A stretch of DNA of 64,000 nt from an uncultured archaeon (GTDB lineage: Archaea > Thermoproteota > Bathyarchaeia > Bathyarchaeales > Bathycorpusculaceae): contig CAWALK010000018.1 of the NCBI GenBank assembly GCA_963782915.1, positions 160,001 through 224,000 on the forward strand, given 5' to 3'. Positions 10,201-24,096 of the stretch are shown one piece after another. The notes under the pieces are model-generated. The model saw only the letters and a list, made by a program, of their open reading frames with translations. It had not been told where the DNA came from and did no database searches. Position 1 is the stretch's first letter, and every line of letters begins with the position of its first letter. The translations under genes and the position numbers were made by a program.

Positions 10201-12118
10201 TAGGCGACCTCACGGACTAAGCTTTTGCCTTCGAGGTTCTGGACGGTGATGACGTTGGCGTCTTGTGCTGCAAACGTGATTTGGCTGGGTGTGATGACGA
10301 CGTATTGGGCTGAGGCGTCTTTTATGAGGGCGACCAGGACTTTGGCGATCATTTCTCGGTTTTTGGGGTCCATGTGGATGTCGTATTCGTCGACTGCTCG
10401 GAATGGGCTGCGGACATGCTGCTGCAGTGCCAATAGGAAGCCCATGGTTGCGGTGGTTCTTTCTCCGCCGCTCTGCGTATAAGCATCCAATGCTACGGGT
10501 CTGCTGCCTTTGAAGCCCAACATAAATGTCCAATCCAGCAGATTCGATGTCTACGGCGTTTGAAAGCTTCACTTCACCCGTCGCTAAAGTCTGACCCATG
10601 ATACGCTGGTATTCAACGTTGACGCGGGTAAGGAGTTCCTCCATGACGGTGCGCCAAGCGGACATGCGGGTTTTGACTTCTTCGAGGGTTTTCTCTCGGT
10701 TCTCAGCGACTAGTTGCGCTTTTTCTTTGAGTTCTAAGTAGAGTTTTGAGTAGGATTCGTATTGGCGCTCGATTTCTTCTGAGACGGAGGTTAATGCGGC
10801 TAGGTGTCCGTCGGTTAAGCCCATTTCTTCTTGGATTTCGCCTGCAGCTTTTGAGGACTGCGATGCGTTCGCCTGATTCTTGGGCTTTTGCGAGGGCGGC
10901 GTTGAGTGTGTCTTGGGCTTCTTTGAGGGTTTTCTCGATTGTTTTTCCCTCGTTAACTGAGCGTTCACGCTTAAAATCCAAGAGTGCGAGGCTGACGCGT
11001 TTATCCAATGCGCCCGCAGAGGTTTTGTCTGTGGATTCTTCGAGTTTGCCGAGTTTTGTTTGGTTAGCTTTGATTTGGACGGAGGCTTTTTGGATTTGCT
11101 GCTGGGAGGTTTTGAGCAGTTCTTTGAGGTTGTCGGCGCGGAGAAGTTTGAATTGGTTCTTGTTAGCGGCTGTTTCTAACAGTTGCGCTTCGCCGAGTAA
11201 CTGCTCAATCAGCGATTGGGTGGATTCATTCTGGGCAATTTGCCGTTCAAGGCTTATGCGTTCGTCATAAGCGCCTTTGATTTCGCCCCGAAGCGTCCTC
11301 TGCTGAATTTCTTGCCCATCCAATTCGCCGATGATAGATTGGCGTTCGTCCTCGATTTTGCCCAGCGCCTGCTGGTTCTTGTTAAAATTAGCCTGCAAAC
11401 TCTTCACTATGGCTTCTTTGCGTTCAACTTCTGCCCAAACTAATTCGCGGTCCAAAAAACGCCTTTTAAGCTGCAATTGCTTTTTCTCTTGGAATTTCTC
11501 GTACTGTTCCCGCCAGTAATTGAGTGTCTGTTGGGCTTGTTCGAGGAGTTTGCCGACGGATTCTTCTTGGCTTAAAATGCGGGTTAGCTTGGTTTTGGCG
11601 CTCAGTACGTTTTCTCGGAAAGGCTCCAATCCCACGGCATCTTCGACCATTCGCAGCTTGTCGACGTTGCTCAAGACGCTGAATTGTTCCACCATGTTCT
11701 GGTGCATGATGATTAGCATGTTGTCTGGGTCTACGCCGAATTTGCCCAGCAATCGTTCTACGTCTTGTTTGGTGGCGTTGCGGTTTTCGAGTTCAAAGAA
11801 GTATTTGCCGTCCCGTCGCAACACGCGGGTTAGGAAGAGCTGGTCTTTGTTGTATTTTGGTTCGGGACGCCTGTTGCCTTGTTTGCTGTTATCTAAGATG
11901 AGGGTGACGCGTGCTTGGTCTTGTCCCCAGCGAATTAAATCGCTAAGTTTACGGGACCGTTCCGTAGATGTCTGACCCAAACCCACACTAATGGCGAGCA
12001 GTAGCGAAGATTTTCCTGCGCCGTTGGGTCCCCCAATTACGTTAACGCCCTTCTTGAAAGGTACACGGGCGTACTCGTAACTCATGAAGTTTTCAACGAT
12101 AAGTTCTTGAATTAACAC
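10200..12118 (-). CDS. Short SMC5/6-like ATPase (about 640 aa; two frameshifts)
   Basis: ENFMSY, Walker A GPNGAGKS, Q-loop IMHQ, coiled coil, signature QSGGER and Walker B SPFRAVDEYDIHMD, across ORFs 10703-12118, 10210-10968 and 10200-10523. Confidence 0.88.
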
Positions 12119-12283
12119 TAAATTTTTGCCTCTAACTAAGCGTCCAAACTATGGGAAGGGGGTCTTATTAAAACGATTTGACAGCTTTATGCAAAAACCA
12201 CCAGTACCGAAGAGAGATTGAATCATAAACGCAGAAGCTGTTTTGCTAAAACAAAAATATAGGGGTAACTTTATGTTACCAAC

Positions 12284-13072
12284 TTATTTTTCGCGTTTAA
12301 AAGAGCCGTGCCCGCCCTCTTTGGTGACGTTGGCAACGACGGTTTCGCTTACTTTATCAAGCACTTCTTCAGCGCGTTTCCAAGTATCCGCAGAAACCTC
12401 AACACTGTACTTTGGTGCAGCGATAACGGCGAATTCGACTTTGGCATCTTTTGCTTTCGTCGCAGCTTTGGCAGCACTAAAGGCTTCTTTGATGCAGCGC
12501 ACACCGTTTGGAGTCATGCAACGGACTTCAATGATGCCGCGGACCTGTACCAGCTTAATTTTTATGCGTTCCTCTGCAACCTGCACAATGACTTTGGTGA
12601 TGTCTTCGGGGATACCCATCTTGGTGAGAAACTCGGGGCCCTCTTTAACGGTCTTCTCGAAACCCTCGTATAAGCCGATTTTTTCTTCAAGAGGAGCACC
12701 AACGGTCTGGTACATTTGCTGTAGGGGCACACCCATCTTGTCAGCTACTGCTTTGAGTAAGGCGTCTCCTTTGCGGTCTTTCTTCCAAGACTTAATCTTC
12801 TCAATACGTTCACGTTTGGTGACACGGCGGAGGGATAGGTCGATGTGTCCTTTCTCGACATCCACACGCAGAACCTTTAGAACCATCTTTTGGTTTTCAC
12901 GAACAAAATCTCGCACGTTCCGTATGCGGGCGCTGGAGATTTCTGAAATATGCAAAAAGCCTCTTCGGTGATATTCATCGAGGTTTGCGTAGGCACCGTA
13001 ATCCATCACGGTTTCAATCGAAGCGATTACTAGATCGCCTGGTTCTGGCCATTGAGGTTTGTTTTCGGACAT
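12284..13072 (-). CDS. eif2a: Translation initiation factor 2 alpha subunit (aIF-2alpha)
   Basis: WPEPGDLV, S1 domain GFLHISEIS, KGHIDLSLRRV, AAPKY; likely start at MSENK (13072). Confidence 0.95.
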   Translation of the reverse strand: MSENKPQWPEPGDLVIASIETVMDYGAYANLDEYHRRGFLHISEISSARIRNVRDFVRENQKMVLKVLRVDVEKGHIDLSLRRVTKRERIEKIKSWKKDRKGDALLKAVADKMGVPLQQMYQTVGAPLEEKIGLYEGFEKTVKEGPEFLTKMGIPEDITKVIVQVAEERIKIKLVQVRGIIEVRCMTPNGVRCIKEAFSAAKAATKAKDAKVEFAVIAAPKYSVEVSADTWKRAEEVLDKVSETVVANVTKEGGHGSFKREK

Positions 13073-13240
13073 TATTTCACTCTTGTTACTCTGATTTCGT
13101 GAATTAGAACTAACAGGAAAAGACTTGTTCCGTTCAAGATAAGGATTTCCACTTGCAAAACCCCAAAAACCCAGAAGCGCATGAAAAATAAACAAGTTTA
13201 TACTACAACATTTTTATTTAGATACACACTTGGTACCATT

Positions 13241-13489
13241 ATGAAATTCGCTGAAGCAGCCATCCTACTAAGAGAAATCGTTGACAGATGCCCCGGCTTA
13301 GACGGAGCCACGATTACTTTGGTTCCACAGAAAGCCATGTTCCCACTCTATCAGGGATACCATATTAACATTAAAGCTAACCTCAGCAGGGAAAGCACAG
13401 GCGGCCTGCGCAAGATTGTTGAGGGACACGACTTGATGATGCAGATCAAAGCTGACGCCGTCATCGTGTACGAATCTAGACCAACCTAG
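13241..13489 (+). CDS. Small hypothetical protein (paralog of 8471-8728)
   Basis: 82 aa; shares the RC..I/L-EG/DG..L.L.P....GY.I.I pattern with 8471-8728. Confidence 0.7.
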   Translation: MKFAEAAILLREIVDRCPGLDGATITLVPQKAMFPLYQGYHINIKANLSRESTGGLRKIVEGHDLMMQIKADAVIVYESRPT

Positions 13490-13621
13490 ATCACCAACTA
13501 TTTGGCATCTATTAGAAACTCTACCTACCCATAGAAGGGTAAGTGACTTACTTTTAATAATGTAACTGCAAATGGGCACCCACAAACCCTTAAGAAAACC
13601 CCAAAAACCCCAATATATCTG

Positions 13622-13867
13622 GTGCAACAAAAATTGAGTGAACCAGACTATCCATACCCCAAAAAACCTCTTGAACCGGCCCAAGGCACAACAGCTCCAC
13701 CCCCCATGCCGCCACCGGAACCGCCTGTCCCGCCCAATCCGCCGCCGCTAAGCAACCCAACTCCTAACAAGTTCCGATGTCAAACATGCGGCAAAGTCTT
13801 CACCACAAAAGAAGAATTAACCATGCACATAGAAACAGTGCATATGAGCCCAAAAAAGAAAGTCTAA
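13622..13867 (+). CDS. Small Pro-rich C2H2 zinc-finger protein
   Basis: FRCQTCGKVFTTKEELTMHIETVH. Confidence 0.8.
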   Translation: MQQKLSEPDYPYPKKPLEPAQGTTAPPPMPPPEPPVPPNPPPLSNPTPNKFRCQTCGKVFTTKEELTMHIETVHMSPKKKV

Positions 13868-13877
13868 AAAAAGACTT

Positions 13878-15920
13878 TCAAATCTGAACATTGCCTTTTT
13901 TATAACCCACAAGCAATGATACCAACGCTATGGCAGCTACGGCTATAATCCCAGCGAGTATTAACCAGTTTATAGACAAATCTTGATCTACCGCCATGGG
14001 TTCGGGTGTTGATGTTTGGGTTTGAGCGTTTTGGTTTATGGCTTGGTTTTGGTTAGCTGGGGGAGTTGGCGGTGCTGTTGGCTTTGCTGTGGGAATTGGG
14101 GTTGATGTGGCTGCGGGTTGTGAGGTTGGGTTTGCAGTGGGTGAGGGCGTTGGCATTGCGGTTGGCTGAGGAGTCTGGGTTGGCACTGGAGTAACCTCAT
14201 TCGGGTTTCCTAGTGCATAGATTTTGCCGTCATAAGAGCCTATGTAGACGACGCCGTTTGCGATGGCCGGTGAAGAAAACAGAAAACCACCCGTACGATA
14301 AGCCCAAACTGCCGAACCAGAGGTGGCGTCTAATGCGAACAGGTAGCTATCGAATGAGCCGAAGTATACTGTGTTGCCAGCGACTGCTGGAGAAGAGTAC
14401 ACGTAGCCGGTCAGTTGGCGTTGTGAATAGGGTGAGGTGAAATACCAGATTTGTGAGCCATCGGATGCGTTGAAGGCGTAGTAGCCGTTGCGTGAACCAA
14501 CGAAGACTGCGCCATTAGCGACTGCGGGTGAATCGTCAGCGTGGTCGGTTTTGCCAAAGGCCGCTTGCCAAATTCGGGAGCCATCAAGCGCTTTTAGAGC
14601 GTAGATAGTGCCATTATCAGAGTTAACGTACACTACGTTGTTAACGACTGCTGGGGAAGCATAGACTTCACTACCAGTACGAAACGCCCAAATTATTGCT
14701 CCATTAGCGGCGTTTAAGGAATAAACGTAGCCGTTGCATGACCCAACATACACTACGCCGTCGACGACTGCTGGCGAAGAAAACACTGACCCTCCGATAA
14801 GCTTAGACCAAACCAAACTGCCACTGCCGGCATTTAATGCATAGACATAGCCCGAGTAGGAGCCAACGTAGACGACGCCATCAACCACTGTTGGTGATGA
14901 TTCGATGCCGCTGTTGGTTGTAAAACGCCAGATTAAGGAGCCTGTGGTAGCGTTCAAGGCATCCACATAGCCGTTATGACCATCCCACAAGATGCCAACG
15001 TAGACTATGCCGTTTGCTATTGCAGCAGAGGATTCTATTTGGCTGCCACTGTTGTATTGCCAGATTAGTTGTCCGGATGTGGCATTTAGGGCGTAGAGGT
15101 AACCGTTGTTTGAGCCTTCATAGACGACGCCGTTGGCTATTGTGGGTGATGAGCGTATTTTGTCGCCGGTGCTAAATTGCCAAAGTGGGGTTGCATCAGG
15201 AGCGTTGGAAGTTGATGTTCCAGTGTTCTGTGGGTCATGACGATACATTGACCAATCATCATTAGAGAAAGGACTTGGATTAGCGATACTATAGGTAACG
15301 CCGTTAAGAACCAGTTGATCAGCAAATAGGGGCTGGTTAAGTCCGCCTGCATCTTTAACAGCCCAATACTCCAAAGCTACACCAACCGAGCGGATTGTCG
15401 CGTTCCCATAAATCCCCTGCCAGTAACCCAGATTCTCCCAGGGATTACTGTAAGCCTCCAAAGTGTTACTTGTGTTAGTCCATCCCCACCGTTGCCCACC
15501 CTGACCAAGTTGCCAACTACTATTGCTACAAGTGAGGTAGTCACTCATCAAGGTAACTTCCGTTTGACCATCCCCATTGCTGTCTAGTAAAATAACAAAT
15601 CGTGGAAGGGCATCAGTATAGGATGTATAAACCTGAAAAGACTGCAAAGAACTCAACGGTTGATTGACAGGATACAGAACCATGCTGCATGAACCTTGTG
15701 ACGCATTTGATGGAAGAATCAACTCAGCGGCATAAGAGCTACCATGCGTTGAATTACCACTCAAGTATGCTTTTCCTTCACCATGCGTAAAGAATTGAAC
15801 GGTTAACGTGTTCGGGGAATTTTGATTTGAGGCTAAAGTACCTGAAACTAACAGGGATAATAATAACAGCGATAAAACAACAATCACAGGACCAGTATAT
15901 TTCATGCTTTGTTGCACCAA
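13878..15920 (-). CDS. Membrane-anchored PQQ-binding-like (BamB-type) beta-propeller protein
   Basis: Signal peptide, WSMYRHD, eight SSP-V-dG-VYvGS..G-vYALnA-tG-liW repeats, PT-rich linker and C-terminal TM. Confidence 0.9.
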   Translation of the reverse strand: MVQQSMKYTGPVIVVLSLLLLSLLVSGTLASNQNSPNTLTVQFFTHGEGKAYLSGNSTHGSSYAAELILPSNASQGSCSMVLYPVNQPLSSLQSFQVYTSYTDALPRFVILLDSNGDGQTEVTLMSDYLTCSNSSWQLGQGGQRWGWTNTSNTLEAYSNPWENLGYWQGIYGNATIRSVGVALEYWAVKDAGGLNQPLFADQLVLNGVTYSIANPSPFSNDDWSMYRHDPQNTGTSTSNAPDATPLWQFSTGDKIRSSPTIANGVVYEGSNNGYLYALNATSGQLIWQYNSGSQIESSAAIANGIVYVGILWDGHNGYVDALNATTGSLIWRFTTNSGIESSPTVVDGVVYVGSYSGYVYALNAGSGSLVWSKLIGGSVFSSPAVVDGVVYVGSCNGYVYSLNAANGAIIWAFRTGSEVYASPAVVNNVVYVNSDNGTIYALKALDGSRIWQAAFGKTDHADDSPAVANGAVFVGSRNGYYAFNASDGSQIWYFTSPYSQRQLTGYVYSSPAVAGNTVYFGSFDSYLFALDATSGSAVWAYRTGGFLFSSPAIANGVVYIGSYDGKIYALGNPNEVTPVPTQTPQPTAMPTPSPTANPTSQPAATSTPIPTAKPTAPPTPPANQNQAINQNAQTQTSTPEPMAVDQDLSINWLILAGIIAVAAIALVSLLVGYKKGNVQI

Positions 15921-16120
15921 TAATGCCGTTCACTGGATTTCAAATAAAAGCGTTCTTGTCAAGATTTATAGACAAAGCTAAGTCAAGGTTTATGAACTAA
16001 AACGTAAGCCAACAAAAAATGACTTAGCCCACTAATTCAAGCGAGTTGCCGTTCAGGTTTAACAGTACCCATTATTCAGCGACGTTTCATCGCCTAGTCA
16101 GCCGATTTCGCGGACTGAAC

Positions 16121-16594
16121 TTAGGTGATGCTTACGTTCTGAATGTCAAAGTATCGTTTAGCCAAAAAGCGCAAACGTTCAGCGTTCTTGCCGTTCTTAC
16201 CTATTGCGACGCCCTTGTCTTTAGGGTTAACAGTGATGACTGCCATCTTTTTGCCGTCAGTACGTTCGCTTACGCGGATTTCGCGTACTGCTGCAGGTTT
16301 CAGAGCGTTCTTCATGAAAGTGACTGGGTCTTCGCTGTATTCGATGATTTCGTGTTTCTTGCCTGTCATACGTTCAAGGGTGTGGATGTTTCTGCCGCCT
16401 TTACCGATGGCAACGCCCACTTGACCTTGGTTGACTATGAAGATTGCGCGTTCTTGTTCTTCGTCGATTATGCAGTCTTTCACGCTAGCGCCGCTGATAC
16501 TTTCAAAGAGAGCAATGTATCGCATTTCGTCGCAGGTGATCTTTATGCCAGTTGTCAGTTTTTTTCCTCCATTTTTTATTTTATTATTGGTCAA
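16121..16594 (-). CDS. nusA: Archaeal NusA (KH-domain transcription factor)
   Basis: Two GVAIGKxG KH motifs; conserved position after L30e. Confidence 0.95.
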   Translation of the reverse strand: MTNNKIKNGGKKLTTGIKITCDEMRYIALFESISGASVKDCIIDEEQERAIFIVNQGQVGVAIGKGGRNIHTLERMTGKKHEIIEYSEDPVTFMKNALKPAAVREIRVSERTDGKKMAVITVNPKDKGVAIGKNGKNAERLRFLAKRYFDIQNVSIT

Positions 16595-16882
16595 CTACTT
16601 TGAGAATTTCTGAATCCCCTGTTTCCCGAATGCTCATTGCTGAAATAATGAAGAGTTTGTTGCAGACTTCAGCGAGATCCATTGAGCCACCTTTGTATGT
16701 TATCACGGGGACCTTCGAGATTTCTCCATAGTATTCGATTTGTTCTTTTATGTCTTGTGGACAGTTTGAGGCTAAAACTATCATTTTAGCCTTGCCGGTT
16801 TTGGCGTTCTGCAATGCAGTATTGGATCCAAAGGAAACCTTACCTGTTTTCACTGCTGACGCTAATGCTTTATCAATGTCTA

Positions 16883-16886
<4 letters not shown>
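16584..16886 (-). CDS. rpl30e: 50S ribosomal protein L30e
   Basis: [15 protein letters not shown] and GDSEIL motifs. Confidence 0.95.
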
Positions 16887-20720
<3,834 letters not shown>

Positions 20721-20721
20721 G

Positions 20722-23700
20722 TTAAGCCTTCTCCTTTAGTCTTAGTTTGGGGGTGATGCATAGGCTTTGAAGCTCTTGGAGCAGTAGCTTGAAAGCGTAA
20801 GATACGATTACTGGTGCAATCTTTGCTTTTTCGTCGCAGATTTTGCAGACATAACGCCTTTGCTTCATGTCGAAGTAAGCGATTTGACCGCAGTTCTCGC
20901 AGATGTAGAGTGTGTACTTGTCGGATTCTTCTAGTAATCTGTCGCGTAGTAGCAGTGCTGCGCCGTGTCCGATGAGGCAGTCTCGTTCCATTTCTCCGAA
21001 TCTGAGACCACCACCGCGGGCGCGACCTTCAGTTGGTTGGCGAGTGAGCATTTGTACTTGACCGCGAGCACGAGCGTGAATCTTGTCAGCGACCATGTGG
21101 TGCAGTTTCTGGTAGTATACTAATCCGATGAAGACGTCGGCTACGAATTTTTCGCCGGAGGTGCCGTTGTAGAAGACTTCGCTTCCAGTGTGGCTGTATC
21201 CGAGTTTTATGAGGCTTTTGCGTATTTCATCTGGGCCTTCGTTTGCGAAAGGTGTACCGTCTGCTGGTCTGCCTCTTGCTGCGGCTGCTTTGCCTGCGAG
21301 TGATTCAATGAACTGGCCGATGGTCATTCTTGAGGGGATTGCGTGTGGGTTGATGATTAGGTCTGGAACCATGCCTTCTTCTGTGAAGGGCAGGTCTTCT
21401 TGTGGTACGATTAAGCCGATGACTCCTTTCTGTCCGTGGCGGCTTGCGAATTTGTCGCCGAGTTCTGGGACGCGTTGGTCGCGTACGCGGACTTTGACGA
21501 GTTGGCTTCCTTCGCCTGACATTGTTACGAATATGCCGTCTACGATGCCTGTTTCGCTTGGGCGCATGTCAACGGATGTGTCGCGCATGCTGGGTCCTTT
21601 GACTTCGAATTCTTTGTATTCTTCAAGGAACCTTGGAGGGCTGATTCTGCCGATTAAGACATCTCCGCCGACAACTTGTGATTCTAAGCCGATTATTCCG
21701 TCGGGTTCTAGGAGTCGGTAGTATTGTTCTCCGCGGTAGCCTCTTGTGCCTGCTTCTGGAACAGTGAATTTGTCTTTTAAGCCACCGAGGTATTGGCGAC
21801 ATTCTGCCTCATAGATACGGTAGAATGTGCTGCGTGCTAAGCCTCGCTCGATTGAGGCTTTGTTGAATATGATGGCGTCTTCCATGTTGTAGCCTTCGAA
21901 GCTCAAGACTGCTACGACGCAGTTTTGGCCTGTGGGGCGTTGTTTGTATCCCATGACGTCCATGTTTTCTGTTTGGACAAGTGGGACTTGTGGGTAGTGT
22001 AGTATGTGGCTGCGGCTGTCGACGCGGTGATGGAAGTTTGTGCCATAGACACCTAGTGCCTGTTTGGCCATGGCTGCTTGGTATGAGTTACGTGGTGACT
22101 GGTTGTGTTCTGGATATGGAATGGTTGATGCGCATATGCCAAGGATTGTGAATGTTGCGATTTCTGAGTGGGTTGTTTGTGGTACGATGGAGTCGTATGC
22201 TAGGGCGATGTAGGCGTTTTCTTCTTCTTCAGCGTCTAAGTATTCGATTAAGCCGTTTTTGATGACGTCTTCCCATGTCCATTCGCCGAGTCCGATTTTT
22301 TCGAAGTGTTTGCTTTGTAGTTTGGGTATGCCGTTTTCGACGATGATGAGTGGGCGTCTTACGCGTCCTTCGTCGCAGTTAGCGTGGACTTCTTCGGTTT
22401 CGGTTTGGGCTTTTGAGAAGTATGTTACGTTGACTTCTGTTGAGATTTCGCCTGCTCGTCTTTTTTGGCGGAAACTCTGGACCATTTCCTGTGGGTTGTT
22501 GCAGTAGCCGATTATGTTTCCGTCTACGAAGACTTTGGCGCCGTCAATTCTTAGTTCGCGTGATGCTTCGTATGCTGGGACTGTTCCCATTTCGAAGAGT
22601 AACTGGCGGATGCGATCGGGGTTTACGCCCACAGCGATGGAGGCAGATAACGCGAGGTTCTTAACAAGACCGCAGTTTGAGCCTTCAGGTGTTTCGTTGG
22701 GGCATAATCTTCCCCAGTGAGTGGGGTGTAAGTCTCTGGCTTCGAAGTTAGGTTGACTTCTGGATAGTGGAGACTGAAGTCTGCGTAGGTGGCTCAGTGT
22801 TGAGATGTAGTTGGTTCGGTCGAGGAGTTGTGTGATGCCGACTCTGCCTCTTCCCCAGTTGCCTGTTGCCAGAGCGTGTTGGAATCGCTCAGTGATGATG
22901 CCCGGGCGGACTGCGGCTGAGACAGTTATGATTGGGCCTTTAACGCCGATGCGTTCAAGTTGGTATTTGATGTCGCGTGTTAGGTTGCGGAAGGATACTC
23001 GGAAGAGGTCTGCTAGTAGTGGGCCACCGAGTCGTAGACGTTTGTTTTTGAAGTGGTCTTTGTCGTCTGGTTGGCGTCTTCCGGTTTTTAGTTGGATGAC
23101 GCGGTATGCCATTTCGCCTAGGAAAATGGCTTTTTCTTTGCGGTTTTTGTCGCTTCTGCCCAAGTGCGGTAGGAAGTTTTTGTCAAGGGCTGTTTCTGCT
23201 TTTTGAAGTCGGTATTCTTCGACTTGTCCGTGGGCAACGCGGTTGCCGATGAAAAGGATTGCGTCTTGGGGTGTGTCTACGCCGATTGCTTTTTCGAATG
23301 ATGCTGCGAGTTGTGTTTGTGTGTCGCTGTCTAGTGAGACTGCTTCGGCGATGTCTTTGTCTTTTTCCATGGTGAGTGCACGCATGATGACGACGAAGGG
23401 GATTTCTGTTGGCACTCCCGGCATGGTGACGTAGATTGCGTCGTCTGATTTGAGTTTAAGTTCGATTCTGGCTCTGAAGCCTACTGTTGTTGAGAAAATT
23501 TTTGCTTGATAAACTGGTGCGGTTCCTTTTTCGTCGATGTCGACGATTACGCGGTTAGGTGCCAAGTCTTCCATGGCGACGATGACGCGTTCGGAGCCGT
23601 TAACGACGAAGTATCCGCCTTGATCGTCTGGGTCTTCGCCGGCTGCGATTAATTCTTCTTTGCTGAGTTGGCTGAGGAAGCAAAGTTTGCTCTTCAGCAT

Positions 23701-24096
23701 AACTGGGATATTCCCGATGTAAACAAGTTCTGTATCTTGTTCTCTGCCATCGATAACTGGAGTCATTTCCAGCGCGATTGGCGCGGAATACGCCAAGTTT
23801 CTTAGGCGTGCTTCCATTGGGTAAATTTCATGTTTTGTTCCATCTACTTCGGTTGCGTATGGACCGGTGATGCGGCTTTGTGGGTCAATGACCCATATTT
23901 GGCCGAGTTTTACTTTGTATGGGCTTTCTGGCACTTCGATGGGGATTTCAGCTACTTCGTCGACTACTTCTTGGAGTCCGTGGTCGATGAATTCGTTGTA
24001 GCTGTCGAGGTGCTGTCGGACTAAGCCTTTATCGTTGTAGAATGTTTTTAGGAGGTTATGGATGTCGTCTTTCTGGATTTTTTGTGTGGTGGTCAA
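20722..24096 (-). CDS. rpo2: RNA polymerase subunit Rpo2 (B, unsplit)
   Basis: 1124 aa; GDKFASRHGQKG, GLRFGEMERD and a C-terminal Zn ribbon. Confidence 0.97.
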   Translation of the reverse strand: MTTTQKIQKDDIHNLLKTFYNDKGLVRQHLDSYNEFIDHGLQEVVDEVAEIPIEVPESPYKVKLGQIWVIDPQSRITGPYATEVDGTKHEIYPMEARLRNLAYSAPIALEMTPVIDGREQDTELVYIGNIPVMLKSKLCFLSQLSKEELIAAGEDPDDQGGYFVVNGSERVIVAMEDLAPNRVIVDIDEKGTAPVYQAKIFSTTVGFRARIELKLKSDDAIYVTMPGVPTEIPFVVIMRALTMEKDKDIAEAVSLDSDTQTQLAASFEKAIGVDTPQDAILFIGNRVAHGQVEEYRLQKAETALDKNFLPHLGRSDKNRKEKAIFLGEMAYRVIQLKTGRRQPDDKDHFKNKRLRLGGPLLADLFRVSFRNLTRDIKYQLERIGVKGPIITVSAAVRPGIITERFQHALATGNWGRGRVGITQLLDRTNYISTLSHLRRLQSPLSRSQPNFEARDLHPTHWGRLCPNETPEGSNCGLVKNLALSASIAVGVNPDRIRQLLFEMGTVPAYEASRELRIDGAKVFVDGNIIGYCNNPQEMVQSFRQKRRAGEISTEVNVTYFSKAQTETEEVHANCDEGRVRRPLIIVENGIPKLQSKHFEKIGLGEWTWEDVIKNGLIEYLDAEEEENAYIALAYDSIVPQTTHSEIATFTILGICASTIPYPEHNQSPRNSYQAAMAKQALGVYGTNFHHRVDSRSHILHYPQVPLVQTENMDVMGYKQRPTGQNCVVAVLSFEGYNMEDAIIFNKASIERGLARSTFYRIYEAECRQYLGGLKDKFTVPEAGTRGYRGEQYYRLLEPDGIIGLESQVVGGDVLIGRISPPRFLEEYKEFEVKGPSMRDTSVDMRPSETGIVDGIFVTMSGEGSQLVKVRVRDQRVPELGDKFASRHGQKGVIGLIVPQEDLPFTEEGMVPDLIINPHAIPSRMTIGQFIESLAGKAAAARGRPADGTPFANEGPDEIRKSLIKLGYSHTGSEVFYNGTSGEKFVADVFIGLVYYQKLHHMVADKIHARARGQVQMLTRQPTEGRARGGGLRFGEMERDCLIGHGAALLLRDRLLEESDKYTLYICENCGQIAYFDMKQRRYVCKICDEKAKIAPVIVSYAFKLLLQELQSLCITPKLRLKEKA

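Noticed and set aside
8754-12118. SMC operon as Wadjet/MksBEFG or Rad50-Mre11
   Set aside because: No Toprim JetD, Mre11, HerA or NurA neighbour, no zinc hook, and the head motifs are Smc5/6-like.
12243-12971. Long antisense ORFs opposite aIF-2alpha, rpo and aor genes
   Set aside because: They are shadow ORFs of conserved genes and have no recognisable motifs.
14020-14200. Low-complexity repeats in PT/PQ-rich segments (also 25300-25500 and 26550-26650)
   Set aside because: These are ordinary protein linker coding, not independent DNA repeats.
15995-16100. Fluoride riboswitch or hammerhead resemblance (GGCGATGAAACGTCGC; CTGA..GAAA)
   Set aside because: The core consensus is incomplete (no CUGANGA; pseudoknot spacing wrong) and no fluoride-related gene lies downstream.
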